Shown here: piece after piece, positions 16,965 through 25,028 of the stretch | How positions within the stretch are numbered: position 1 is the stretch's first letter | How the letters are laid out: every line of letters starts with the position of its first letter | Assembly: GCA_963809535.1 (NCBI GenBank) | Contig: CAWEJW010000001.1 | Span: 553,354-617,353 of the forward strand | Length of the DNA stretch: 64,000 nucleotides | Direction: 5' to 3' | Source of the DNA: an uncultured Actinomycetes bacterium | GTDB taxonomy: Bacteria > Actinomycetota > Coriobacteriia > Anaerosomatales > CAVRZR01 | Translations under genes and position numbers: made by a program | The notes under the pieces: model-generated | Databases searched by the model: none | What the model saw: the letters and a program-made list of their open reading frames with translations, nothing else | Told to the model about the DNA's origin: nothing

Positions 16965-17684
16965 ATGCGGAGAGCGATGAGACTCGCAGACGACCTGTAC
17001 AGGATCGACGGAATCGCGGGGGCCAACGTCTACCTGTTGGTAGCCGAGGACGGACTGACGCTGATCGATGCTGGCATGCCGGGGAACGCCGAGACGATCC
17101 TCGCCGCGATCAAGGGCATCGGCCTGGAGCCGAACGAACTTCGCCGTATCCTCCTGACGCACTCAGATCCTGACCACTCCGGCAGCGCCGCCCAGCTCAA
17201 GGACCTGACCGGCGCCTTGGTGGCGATCCACGGAGAGGACGCTCCCGCCTTGGCCGGAAAGAGGCGGAAGAGGACCGACGGGACCGGCGCCGCCCCGATG
17301 CGGAGTTCGAACATCGCTCGCGTCGGCCATAACCTAGCCATGCGCCTCGTCTTCAAGCTCTCGGGTCGGTTTCGTGACTTCAGGCCCGTCGACGCAGACA
17401 TCCTCCTCAAAGACGGCGACACGATCTCGGGCCTTCGCGTCATGCACGTTCCGGGACATACCCGGGGCAGCATCGCCCTTTGTCGCGAAGACGGCGTGGT
17501 GTTTTCCGGAGACGCCCTCCTGACCGATAGAGCTGGCCGCGTTCAGCCTCCGGCAGACGCCTTGGCTCTCAATCCTGCCAGAGCGTTTGCATCGGCCGAT
17601 AAGATTGAGTCGCTCGGATTCACGACTCTGTTGCCGGGACACGGGCCACCGGTTCGGCGAAACCGCGAGCAAGAACGCCGCTAG
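16965..17684 (+). CDS. MBL-fold metallo-hydrolase
   Basis: ANVYLLVAEDGLTLIDAGMPG and the metal motif LLTHSDPDHSGSA, followed by VPGHTRGS. Start uncertain: TTG 16935, ATG 16965 or ATG 16977. Confidence 0.8.
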   Translation: MRRAMRLADDLYRIDGIAGANVYLLVAEDGLTLIDAGMPGNAETILAAIKGIGLEPNELRRILLTHSDPDHSGSAAQLKDLTGALVAIHGEDAPALAGKRRKRTDGTGAAPMRSSNIARVGHNLAMRLVFKLSGRFRDFRPVDADILLKDGDTISGLRVMHVPGHTRGSIALCREDGVVFSGDALLTDRAGRVQPPADALALNPARAFASADKIESLGFTTLLPGHGPPVRRNREQERR

Positions 17685-17780
17685 GCACACGGACCAGGAC
17701 AGCCAAGGGAGAGCGCAGTCGTCGTATCGTTCATGCTGGTCGGAGCGCTGCTCAGGTCCGGGCGACACCGCTCCAAAGCC

Positions 17781-17863
17781 GCCGGAGAAACGGATCGAGC
17801 GGACGACGTCAACGCTAGACCGGAGCTCGCGCAGGAGGGCCGCTCATGCGCAACACGTTAGGC
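17781..17863 (+). repeat. attC-like site
   Basis: GCCGGAGAAACGGATCGAGCGGACGACGTCAACGCTAGACCGG...GGGCCGCTCATGCGCAACACGTTAGGC. The R'' end is degenerate; the 3' arm is canonical. Confidence 0.7.
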
Positions 17864-17893
17864 CGATTCGGTCGCTCTTCGGAGCGGAGCATA

Positions 17894-18262
17894 GTGGCAC
17901 CGGTCGTAGTCGTGATCTCATCCACCCTGGGATGGCCAGCGCTTGAACTCGCCGTGTTCTGGCTTCGGTTCCACCACCTCCCCTCGAATGGCGCGGTTGA
18001 GGCTCTTGTCTTCGCTCCCATGGGATTGGTTGCGGGCCTCGTCGCTGCAGTACTGATGAACCGGGCCTCGACCTCGCGCCAGCGGCGTTTCGTGCTCTGG
18101 GGCTATCTTGCCGCGAGCCCGTTTGCCCTGGTCGGTGCACTGCTGGGCGGGCTCGTGCTTCCGGGAGTGTGGGGGCCACTCGTGTCGGGGGCGATGCCGC
18201 TCGCCGTGGGCTGTCTGCTAGGGTTCGCTGTTGGTCGTTCGCGCGACAGCGGAACGGCCTAA
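17894..18262 (+). CDS. small hydrophobic membrane protein, unknown function
   Basis: About 122 aa with 3-4 hydrophobic segments. In-frame GTG 31 nt after GTTAGGC. The TAA stop lies inside the next GCCTAAC. Confidence 0.45.
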   Translation: MAPVVVVISSTLGWPALELAVFWLRFHHLPSNGAVEALVFAPMGLVAGLVAAVLMNRASTSRQRRFVLWGYLAASPFALVGALLGGLVLPGVWGPLVSGAMPLAVGCLLGFAVGRSRDSGTA

Positions 18263-18317
18263 CAACCGCATCGAGCAGACGGCCTTCGGCCGCCGCTGAT
18301 GCGCCCAACGGTAGGTG
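18257..18317 (+). repeat. short attC-like site
   Basis: GCCTAACAACCGCATCGAGCAGACGGCCTTCGGCCGCCGCTGATGCGCCCAACGGTAGGTG. Confidence 0.65.
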
Positions 18318-18342
18318 TGGCATTTCCCGGAAGGGCAGAGCC

Positions 18343-18867
18343 GTGGAGATAGTGCCGCTCGATTCCTCCGATCGCGACTGGGTCGCTTCGCTCATGCGCG
18401 AGCACTTTGGGTCGGAACGCGTGGTTGTACGCGGCCGGATGCTCGATACGTCGACGCTTCCCGGACTCGTTGCTCTCCGCGATGACACTCGCGTCGGATT
18501 CCTCCACTACCTGCTCGGCGGTGCGGAGTGCGAGGTCGTCTCACTCGTCTCGACTGTTCCCCGCACCGGCGTCGGCAGGATCTTGCTCGACGCACTTGGC
18601 GACTTCGCCGCCTCGCGCGGCGCGAACAAGCTCGTTCTCGTGACCACCAACGACAACGTTTCGGCGCAGCGCCTCTACGAGGCTTGCGGGTTCGAACACT
18701 CTGCCACGCGCCCTGGAGCCATCTCGCGCGCCCGTCAGCTCAAGCCTGAGATCCCGCTCAGCGGCCAGGGCGGGACGGCCATCGAGGACGAACTGGAGTA
18801 CCAACGAAGGCTCGTGCACACCGGACAAGCGCATCAACCTGACGCGCACAGGTCGCGCGTAGACTGA
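18343..18867 (+). CDS. GNAT-family N-acetyltransferase
   Basis: GTG 18343 gives VEIVPLDSSDRDW... The acetyl-CoA pocket motif is present: VVSLVSTVPRTGVGRILLDALGDFAASRGA..LVLVTTNDN..AQRLYEACGF. The ORF 3' end runs into the next attC-like site. Confidence 0.8.
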   Translation: MEIVPLDSSDRDWVASLMREHFGSERVVVRGRMLDTSTLPGLVALRDDTRVGFLHYLLGGAECEVVSLVSTVPRTGVGRILLDALGDFAASRGANKLVLVTTNDNVSAQRLYEACGFEHSATRPGAISRARQLKPEIPLSGQGGTAIEDELEYQRRLVHTGQAHQPDAHRSRVD

Positions 18868-18906
18868 GAGGGAAGCGGCGCGCCGGTTGTGCGCACGACG
18901 CTAGGT
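18820..18906 (+). repeat. attC-like site
   Basis: ACCGGACAAGCGCATCAACCTGACGCGCACAGGTCGCGCGTAGACTGAGAGGGAAGCGGCGCGCCGGTTGTGCGCACGACGCTAGGT. Confidence 0.6.
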
Positions 18907-18953
18907 GCGATCGCGACAAAGACGGGGGTGTGCAGTGAACCAGACTCTGTTGT

Positions 18954-19166
18954 ATGCAGCGTCCGCACTCCGGGGTTGCCCCGCAGCCCGATGAGGGAAC
19001 GGCGGCCCATCTCTTCCGGCTGCTCATGATCACGCAGGTGCCGATCGTCACGTTCTTCGCGCTCAAGTGGTTGCCGCGGGCTAGAAGGCAGGCGTTGGAG
19101 GTACTTGCCTTGCAGGCCGCCGCCGCGCTCGCAGCATTGGCACCCGTTTACCTCTTGAAGTGGTGA
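18954..19166 (+). CDS. small hypothetical membrane protein
   Basis: 70-aa ORF with two hydrophobic stretches. Only ORF in a 380-bp attC-bounded unit. Confidence 0.35.
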   Translation: MQRPHSGVAPQPDEGTAAHLFRLLMITQVPIVTFFALKWLPRARRQALEVLALQAAAALAALAPVYLLKW

Positions 19167-19201
19167 ACGAGTTCGAGCGAAGCCGGAATCGACTTCAGCC
19201 G

Positions 19202-19286
19202 GTCTGGCAAGCGCATCGAGCAGAACGCCGGAAGGTAGACTGACTTGAGAGCGCATCGGCGTCTGCTCATGCGCAACACGTTCGAC
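19202..19286 (+). repeat. attC-like site
   Basis: GTCTGGCAAGCGCATCGAGCAGAACGCCGGAAGGTAGACTGAC...GGCGTCTGCTCATGCGCAACACGTTCGAC. Confidence 0.7.
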
Positions 19287-19304
19287 CTGGCCCAAGGGGG
19301 GACG

Positions 19305-19766
19305 ATGAGACACGCCCGGGCGGTCGTGGTGGCGGTCGCGGTGCTCGTCGCCACCTCGTCGGTGGCATGTACTGCGGCCAAGGCCCCTACCCAGATTCAT
19401 GAGACGACCTCGTCGACCGGAGATGGTCCTACTCTCACTGGCGTCGTCGGGGACATCGTGGGCGGGCGGGTTGGTGAGGGTGAGAACGTCACCGTCGTGG
19501 GCTACTGCCGGGGTTGGGACCTTCTGGGGGAGGTGGACGGTCCGCCGCCAGTGACGAGAAGCGACTGGGTGATACGAGACGACGGTGGCGCAGTCTACGT
19601 CCAAGCGAATGGCGTCCAGGTCACCGGGAAGCTCCCGGACGACGCTGGGCGCCTTCCCTCACAACCAACGACGACGACCTATGTGCTCGAAGTGACGGGC
19701 ATGGTACGCACATCTTCGGAAGGCAGGCCCTACATCGAGCCTTCCGCCATAGCGTTCGTGAGATGA
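19305..19766 (+). CDS. secreted lipoprotein, function unknown
   Basis: MRHARAVVVAVAVLVATSSVACTAAK (signal peptide plus Cys). ATG is 19 nt after GTTCGAC and is preceded by GGGGGGA. Confidence 0.6.
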   Translation: MRHARAVVVAVAVLVATSSVACTAAKAPTQIHETTSSTGDGPTLTGVVGDIVGGRVGEGENVTVVGYCRGWDLLGEVDGPPPVTRSDWVIRDDGGAVYVQANGVQVTGKLPDDAGRLPSQPTTTTYVLEVTGMVRTSSEGRPYIEPSAIAFVR

Positions 19767-19788
19767 GGCCCTGGACCTCGAGTGGCGT

Positions 19789-19892
19789 GTCAACCAGCGC
19801 TTCGACCTGGCAGACCTCGGCTAGGGAACTACGCTGGGGCTACAAGCGCTCGCGGCCTCGGTTTGCAGGCCAAGCGCTCAGCGACGTTGGGC
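19789..19892 (+). repeat. long attC-like site
   Basis: TGTCAACCAGCGCTTCGACCTGGCAGACC...GGCCAAGCGCTCAGCGACGTTGGGC. Confidence 0.55.
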
Positions 19893-19952
19893 CAGAATCG
19901 GATCGTGGCAGGTGGGCTAGCAGGGGATACGGCCGAAGGTTATCGTGTGAGC

Positions 19953-20375
19953 ATGGCTTCTCGAGAGGAGGGGCTGGTGAGCAGGGTCGTAGCGCGATAC
20001 GCCGACGGTCGGATAGTCAAGGGCGTGACAGCCGACTTCTTCCCGGGGAAGGACCTATTCCACGTGAGGGAGGCGAGCGCCCCAGTCGAGGCGAAGCCCC
20101 TGGAGGTCCACACGAAGGACTTGAAGGCGTTGTTCTTCGTGAAGGACTTCGCAGGCGACCCGCAGCGCGTCGACCGGAATGAGTTCGACACCTCACGCCC
20201 ACTGCCCGGGCGCCGGATCAGGGTGGTATTCAAGGACGGCGAAATCGTGGTGGGAACCACGACAGGCTATCAGCCCGGACGCCCGGGGTTCTTCATCGAA
20301 CCGGCGGATGCCGAGTCAAACAACGAACGGTGCTATGTAGTCGCAGCGGCGACCCGAGACGTCAGCTTCTTCTGA
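19953..20375 (+). CDS. conserved hypothetical protein with an internal two-fold repeat
   Basis: 141 aa from ATG 19953. YADGRIVKGVTADFFPGKDLFHV is echoed by FKDGEIVVGTTTGYQPGRPGFFIEP. I cannot name a characterised family. Confidence 0.55.
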   Translation: MASREEGLVSRVVARYADGRIVKGVTADFFPGKDLFHVREASAPVEAKPLEVHTKDLKALFFVKDFAGDPQRVDRNEFDTSRPLPGRRIRVVFKDGEIVVGTTTGYQPGRPGFFIEPADAESNNERCYVVAAATRDVSFF

Positions 20376-20405
20376 CACGCATGGCACCACTTGAGGCGAG
20401 CAGCC

Positions 20406-20503
20406 CCCGAACAAAAGGATTGAGCCCACAACGCGCCTCAGAAGTCGGACCAGGGTTCGAGGGGGTAGCCGGCGCCCCGCAGCTCATCCGCCCGTCGTTG
20501 GGC
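20406..20503 (+). repeat. attC-like site
   Basis: CCCGAACAAAAGGATTGAGCCCACAACGCG...CCGCAGCTCATCCGCCCGTCGTTGGGC. Confidence 0.55.
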
Positions 20504-20572
20504 GCGACGCGTAGGCGGGTATGAATCGCTGCAGACAGGACTACGGTGGCTGCAGACCGATGGAGGCGGGTC

Positions 20573-20992
20573 ATGATGACGACGAGCACCAACGGCTCCG
20601 GCACCCGGGAGGATCCCTGGATCCTCAAGACCCCGAGCGGATCGTCGGAGTACCAGATGTATCGCGATGAGACCGCCGATCCGCCGGCACTCGTGTGCGT
20701 CGTCGGGAAGACCGTGCTCGGCTATCAATTGCGCGCCATCGAGGACCTCCACGCGATGCTCAAGGAGAACGGCGACTGGATGCCTCTCGGCAGCGCTGAC
20801 GAGCAGAAGCCTGCCGCAGAGGGTACGGTCGAAGCGTGGGGCCGCTCACCGAACAATCCGGTCGGTGGCTGGTACGGGCTCAAGAAGGGCCTGCGCGGGC
20901 GCTTCGGGATGTACATGCCCCCGCTACTGGAGGCTCTCGGACTCGCTGAGGTCGAACACAACCCGCGGAACAACCGGATGCGAGCGTTGTAG
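20573..20992 (+). CDS. conserved hypothetical protein
   Basis: 139 aa from ATG 20573 (GGAGG 8 nt upstream). Recognisable blocks are DPW.L.TP..SSEY.MYRD, LGSADEQKPAAEGTVEAW, NPVGGWYGLKKG.RGRFG and HNPRNNRMRA. Function unknown. Confidence 0.55.
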   Translation: MMTTSTNGSGTREDPWILKTPSGSSEYQMYRDETADPPALVCVVGKTVLGYQLRAIEDLHAMLKENGDWMPLGSADEQKPAAEGTVEAWGRSPNNPVGGWYGLKKGLRGRFGMYMPPLLEALGLAEVEHNPRNNRMRAL

Positions 20993-21035
20993 TCATGCTG
21001 TGCCGCTGGCATCCGCGCTCGCGGGAGTGGTCGCG

Positions 21036-21124
21036 CCGCCCAAAAGGCGCGTCAAGCTAACGGCCAGAAGCTAGACTGCGGAAGAGCGTCGCTACGCCTC
21101 GGGTCATGCGGCACGACGCTCGCC
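21036..21124 (+). repeat. terminal, degenerate attC-like site
   Basis: GCCGCCCAAAAGGCGCGTCAAGCTAACGGCCAGAAGCTAGACTGCGG...CGGGTCATGCGGCACGACGCTCGCC keeps the loop CTAGAC and a 3' arm like ..TCATGCGCACGACG.. but has a weak R'. Confidence 0.45.
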
Positions 21125-21294
21125 AGGGCAGCCCACGGATGCCCAGTCCCCTCGGCAGATCATCCCGAAACGACACCCAAGTTCGGGCGCGGGACTATTC
21201 GCTCGGACGGAGGAGCGGTCGGCTAACGCGTCGGCGTCCGAACGGGATAATGTGAAGTCGGCGATGCCATCCCCGTGCAAGAGAGCGGTGTTTC

Positions 21295-22143
21295 ATGGAG
21301 TTCCTCTTCGAGATAACACACGCTCAGCGACGGGTGATCCTCGCTGTGTGCGTGGTGAGCGTTCTTGCGCTCGGCTACGGGAACCAGGTCGTCGAGGCGG
21401 CTCTCCAAGTTAGCAGCGGGGTGCTGTTCCTCGCCCCGACAGCGGTCATTGCCTGGATGTATCCTCGCCGATTCTCATTCTTGTTCGCGTTGTATGCCGC
21501 CGTCGTCGCGACCGCCTCCCATGTCGCAGTGAATCGCTTCTCTCCCGCCCAGACGGCGGCCGAATTCGTGATCCAAGCGGGTGCGTTCTTGTCGGCAGCC
21601 GCGATCGTGAACCTCTTGGCGGCCGTGATGCGCACGCAGACTCATCGCGCGCGCGTCGACGCGCTCACCGAGACGGTCAACACAGGACGTTTCCATGAGT
21701 TCGTCCATCGCGAACTCGCGCGCGCGAAACGCTACGATCACCCGGTCACGGTCGCCTTCATCGACCTTGACAACTTCAAGATGGTCAATGATAGCTACGG
21801 GCACCTCGTAGGGGATGAGGCTTTGCGCTCCCTGGCTGCCCTTATGAGCCAGCACGTGCGCGGCACCGATATCGTCGGCCGGCTCGGCGGCGACGAGTTC
21901 GGCATCCTCATGCCCGAGACCGGTGAAGACGCGGCCCGCGTGGTCTTGGACCGCCTCAGGACACGCATCGACGAATACGCGACTGAGAAGCGTTGGCCGA
22001 TCAGCGCCAGCATCGGAGCGGCCACCATGGCCGGTGCGTGCTGTGATGCCACGTCCGAGGAGGTCATCAGGCGTGCGGACGGTGCGATGTATCGCGTCAA
22101 GTCAGCGAACAAGGACGGCGTGCTGATCGAGTCGTTCGACTGA
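21295..22143 (+). CDS. membrane-anchored diguanylate cyclase (GGDEF domain)
   Basis: N-terminal hydrophobic segments, then D.LT...NR..F.........R....V.VAFIDLDNFK.VND.YGH..GD..L and the active site GRLGGDEFGILMP. Confidence 0.85.
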   Translation: MEFLFEITHAQRRVILAVCVVSVLALGYGNQVVEAALQVSSGVLFLAPTAVIAWMYPRRFSFLFALYAAVVATASHVAVNRFSPAQTAAEFVIQAGAFLSAAAIVNLLAAVMRTQTHRARVDALTETVNTGRFHEFVHRELARAKRYDHPVTVAFIDLDNFKMVNDSYGHLVGDEALRSLAALMSQHVRGTDIVGRLGGDEFGILMPETGEDAARVVLDRLRTRIDEYATEKRWPISASIGAATMAGACCDATSEEVIRRADGAMYRVKSANKDGVLIESFD

Positions 22144-22311
22144 TCCGAGTACCCGAGCCCCTCCGGATGCGCCGTCTCCGAAGGGGATCGCCCTCTCGAG
22201 GATCCTCGGACAAGCGGTTCGGAAGAGGCATTCTGCCCGGCCATGCGCCCGAGGCGCGCTTCCCCTACAATCGTGCCCACGCTTCACGCGAGAACGAACA
22301 GGAAGGGCCCG

Positions 22312-25018
22312 ATGAGCGACCTGCCCAAGGCATACGACCCCAAGGCAGTCGAGCAGCGTGTCTTCGACTCCTGGATGGAGGGCAGCTACTTCAGCCAGGA
22401 GGTCGTCGAGGGCGAGCGTCCCTTCACGATCTCGATCCCGCCGCCCAACGTCACCGGCTCGCTACACATGGGCCACGCGCTCAACAATACGATCCAGGAC
22501 GTGCTCATCCGCCGAATGCGCATGGCGGGCCGTCCCACGCGCTGGGTCCTCGGCACCGACCACGCGGGCATCGCGACACAGAACAAGGTGGAGCAGAAGC
22601 TGGCGACAGATGGTCTGACGCGCTACGACGTCGGACGCGAGAAGTTCGTTCAGCTCTGCTGGGAGTGGAGAGCCGAGCACGGCTCGACCATCATCGGCCA
22701 GCTCAAGGCCATGGGCTGCTCGTGTGACTACGCGCATGAGTCGTTCACGATGGACCCCTCATATCAGCGCGCGGTGCGCAGAGTCTTCGTCGACTGGTAC
22801 AACGCAGGGCTCATCTATCGCGGCAAGCGCATCATCAACTGGTGTCCCCGCTGCGCGACCGCGCTGTCTGACATCGAGGTCGAGCACGAGGACGTTGACA
22901 GCCACCTGTGGCACATCCGCTATCCACTGCTTCAGCCTGTCGGCGACATCGATTCTCTGGTCGTGGCGACGACCCGGCCCGAGACGATGCTCGGCGACAC
23001 GTGCGTGGCCGTGCATCCGGACGACGAGCGCTACACCGCCGTCGTCGGCGCTACGGTGGTGCTCCCGCTGTTGGGCCGCGAGATCCCCGTCGTGGCAGAC
23101 ACCTACGTCGACCGCTCGTTCGGCACTGGTGCCGTGAAGGTCACCCCGGCCCATGACCCGAACGACTTCGAGATCTCGGAGCGGCACGGCGTCGAGAAGA
23201 TCAACATCCTGAATGCGGACGCGACGATCACCGAGGCAGGTGGGCCGTACGCAGGGCTCGAACGGGACGAGGCACGCAAGCGGGTGATCGCCGACCTCGA
23301 GAAGCAAGGCCTTCTCGTCGGCATCGACGACCACGTGCACTCTGTCGGCCACTGCTATCGCTGCCACACGATCATCGAGCCGTGGCTCTCGGACCAGTGG
23401 TTCGTGGACATGCAGTCGCTTGCCGAACCGGCGATCAAGGCTGTGCGCAACCGGCGCACGACCTTCCACCCGAAGCGCTGGGAGAACGTCTATTTCCACT
23501 GGATGGAGAACATTCGTGACTGGTGCGTCTCGCGCCAGCTGTGGTGGGGTCACCAGATACCGGTCTTCTACTGCGACGCGTGCGGCCAGATCGTCGCAAG
23601 CGAGGAGGACCTCGCGACGTGTCCGACCTGCGGGGGCCCGGTGCGGCAGGACGAGGACGTGCTCGACACCTGGTTCTCGTCGCAGCTCTGGCCTTTCGCC
23701 ACGCTCGGCTGGCCCGACGACACTCCCGAGCTGCGGTTCTTCTATCCGACGAGCGTGCTCTCGACGGCGCGCGACATCCTGTTCCTGTGGGTCGCACGCA
23801 TGATCATGAGCGGCATGTACTTCGTCGGCGGCGAGGTGCCGTTCGACGATGTGATCATTCACGCGACGGTGCTCAATGCCGAGGGCAAGCGAATGTCCAA
23901 GTCGCTCGGCACGGGGATCGACCCACTCGACTTGATGGAGCACTACGGCGCTGACGGTATGCGCTTCGGGCTGATGCTGCAGGTCACCGGCAACCAGGAC
24001 ATAAAGTTTGCCGAGGACAAGCTCGTCTCGAGCCGCAACTTCGCGAACAAGATATGGAACGCGAGCCGGTTCGTGCTCATGAGCCTGGACGAGTCGTTCG
24101 TGCCCGGTCCGCCGAAGGCGGCGACCGTCGCAGACGCGTGGATACTGTCTCGCGTCGGGGGCCTGGTGGGGGCCGTGAGCGAGGGTCTCGACACCTACGA
24201 GTTCGGCGAGGTTGCGCGCTCGCTCTACGACTTCTTCTGGAGCGAGTTCGCCGACTGGTACATCGAGCTCGCGAAGGACCGGCTCTCGGCGGACCGTGGC
24301 GCTTCTGGCGTGGCGACGGGCGACGCCGTCACACTGCGGGACGCTGCCGCCGACGAGCAGCGCCTGACCGTGCAGCGCAACCTCGTCTTCGTGCTCGACA
24401 CGGCGCTGCGTCTCCTCCATCCGATGATGCCGTTCGTCACCGAGGAGATCTGGCGCCAGCTTCCGTTGGTCGCGAAGACCCCGTCGCTCATGGTTGCTTC
24501 GTGGCCGGACCCCGTTGCGTTCGCGGACTTCCTCGATGAAGGCGCCGAGGCATCTGTTTCCAAACTGATCGAACTCGTGGTTGCCGTCCGCGCCATTCGG
24601 GCCCGCTACAAGATCGAGCCGAAGACCAAGGTTCCCATGTTCATTCGCGTTTCCGGCGAGTCGGACGTGCGCCTTCTGGAGGCCGACTTCGGCTACCTAC
24701 AGAAACTCGCCGGCGTGAGCGAGTTCACTGCCGCCGCTGATCTCGATCAAGCCTCCTCACTCGGCCATTGCGATCGCGGGCGGCATGGAGGTCTACGTGC
24801 CGCTCGAAGGGCTCGTGGACTTCGACGCCGAACGTGCGCGGCTTACCAAGGAGCGGGACAGGGCCGGGGCGGACCTGGAGCGGCTCGAGAGGAAGCTCTC
24901 GAATGAGGGCTTCCTGTCGAAAGCGTCTGCCGAGGTCATCGAGAAGGACCGCGCGAAGGCTGGTGAGCTGGCGGACGCGCTCGCGACGCTCGGCGCGCAG
25001 CTTGCCGAGCTCGCCTGA
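22312..25018 (+). CDS. valS: valine--tRNA ligase, reading frame broken near 24739-24752
   Basis: Start MSDLPKAYDPKAVEQ. HMGH (SLHMGHAL) and KMSKS are present. The conserved C-terminal coiled coil (KPPHSAIAIAGGMEVYVPLEGLVDFDAERARL...) is only readable in the +1 frame (ORF 24785..25018). Confidence 0.85.
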
Positions 25019-25028
25019 TCGCGCGCCG

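Larger units (their letters stand above)
9158..21124 (+). mobile_element. integron-type gene cassette array with degraded integrase (CALIN-like), about 16 attC-like sites
   Basis: intI remnant, then GTTAGGC at 9316-9322, then repeated R''-L''...L'-R' palindromes bounding single-ORF units. The first cassette is arr. The block sits between clpX and a GGDEF gene/valS. Confidence 0.8.

Noticed and set aside
9316-21124. Repeat array as a CRISPR locus
   Set aside because: Repeats are 60-105 nt imperfect palindromes with variable sequence. The spacers are 0.1-2.7 kb and contain ordinary genes. No cas genes are present. The features fit attC sites, not CRISPR repeats.
21295-22143. GGDEF gene as a further integron cassette
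   Set aside because: No attC-like palindrome or GTTRRRY site follows it (22144-22311). I treat it as flanking chromosomal DNA, although it could also be accessory.
22759-24420. 553-aa minus-strand ORF
   Set aside because: Antisense to valS. Same reasoning as the other long antisense frames (also 36604-38184, 41552-43231, 27523-28650, 32711-33772).
24768-25028. N-terminal extension of the folC ORF (539-aa version) overlapping the end of valS
   Set aside because: The FolC-like sequence begins at ATG 25029. The upstream part is a third-frame read-through of the valS C-terminal region.
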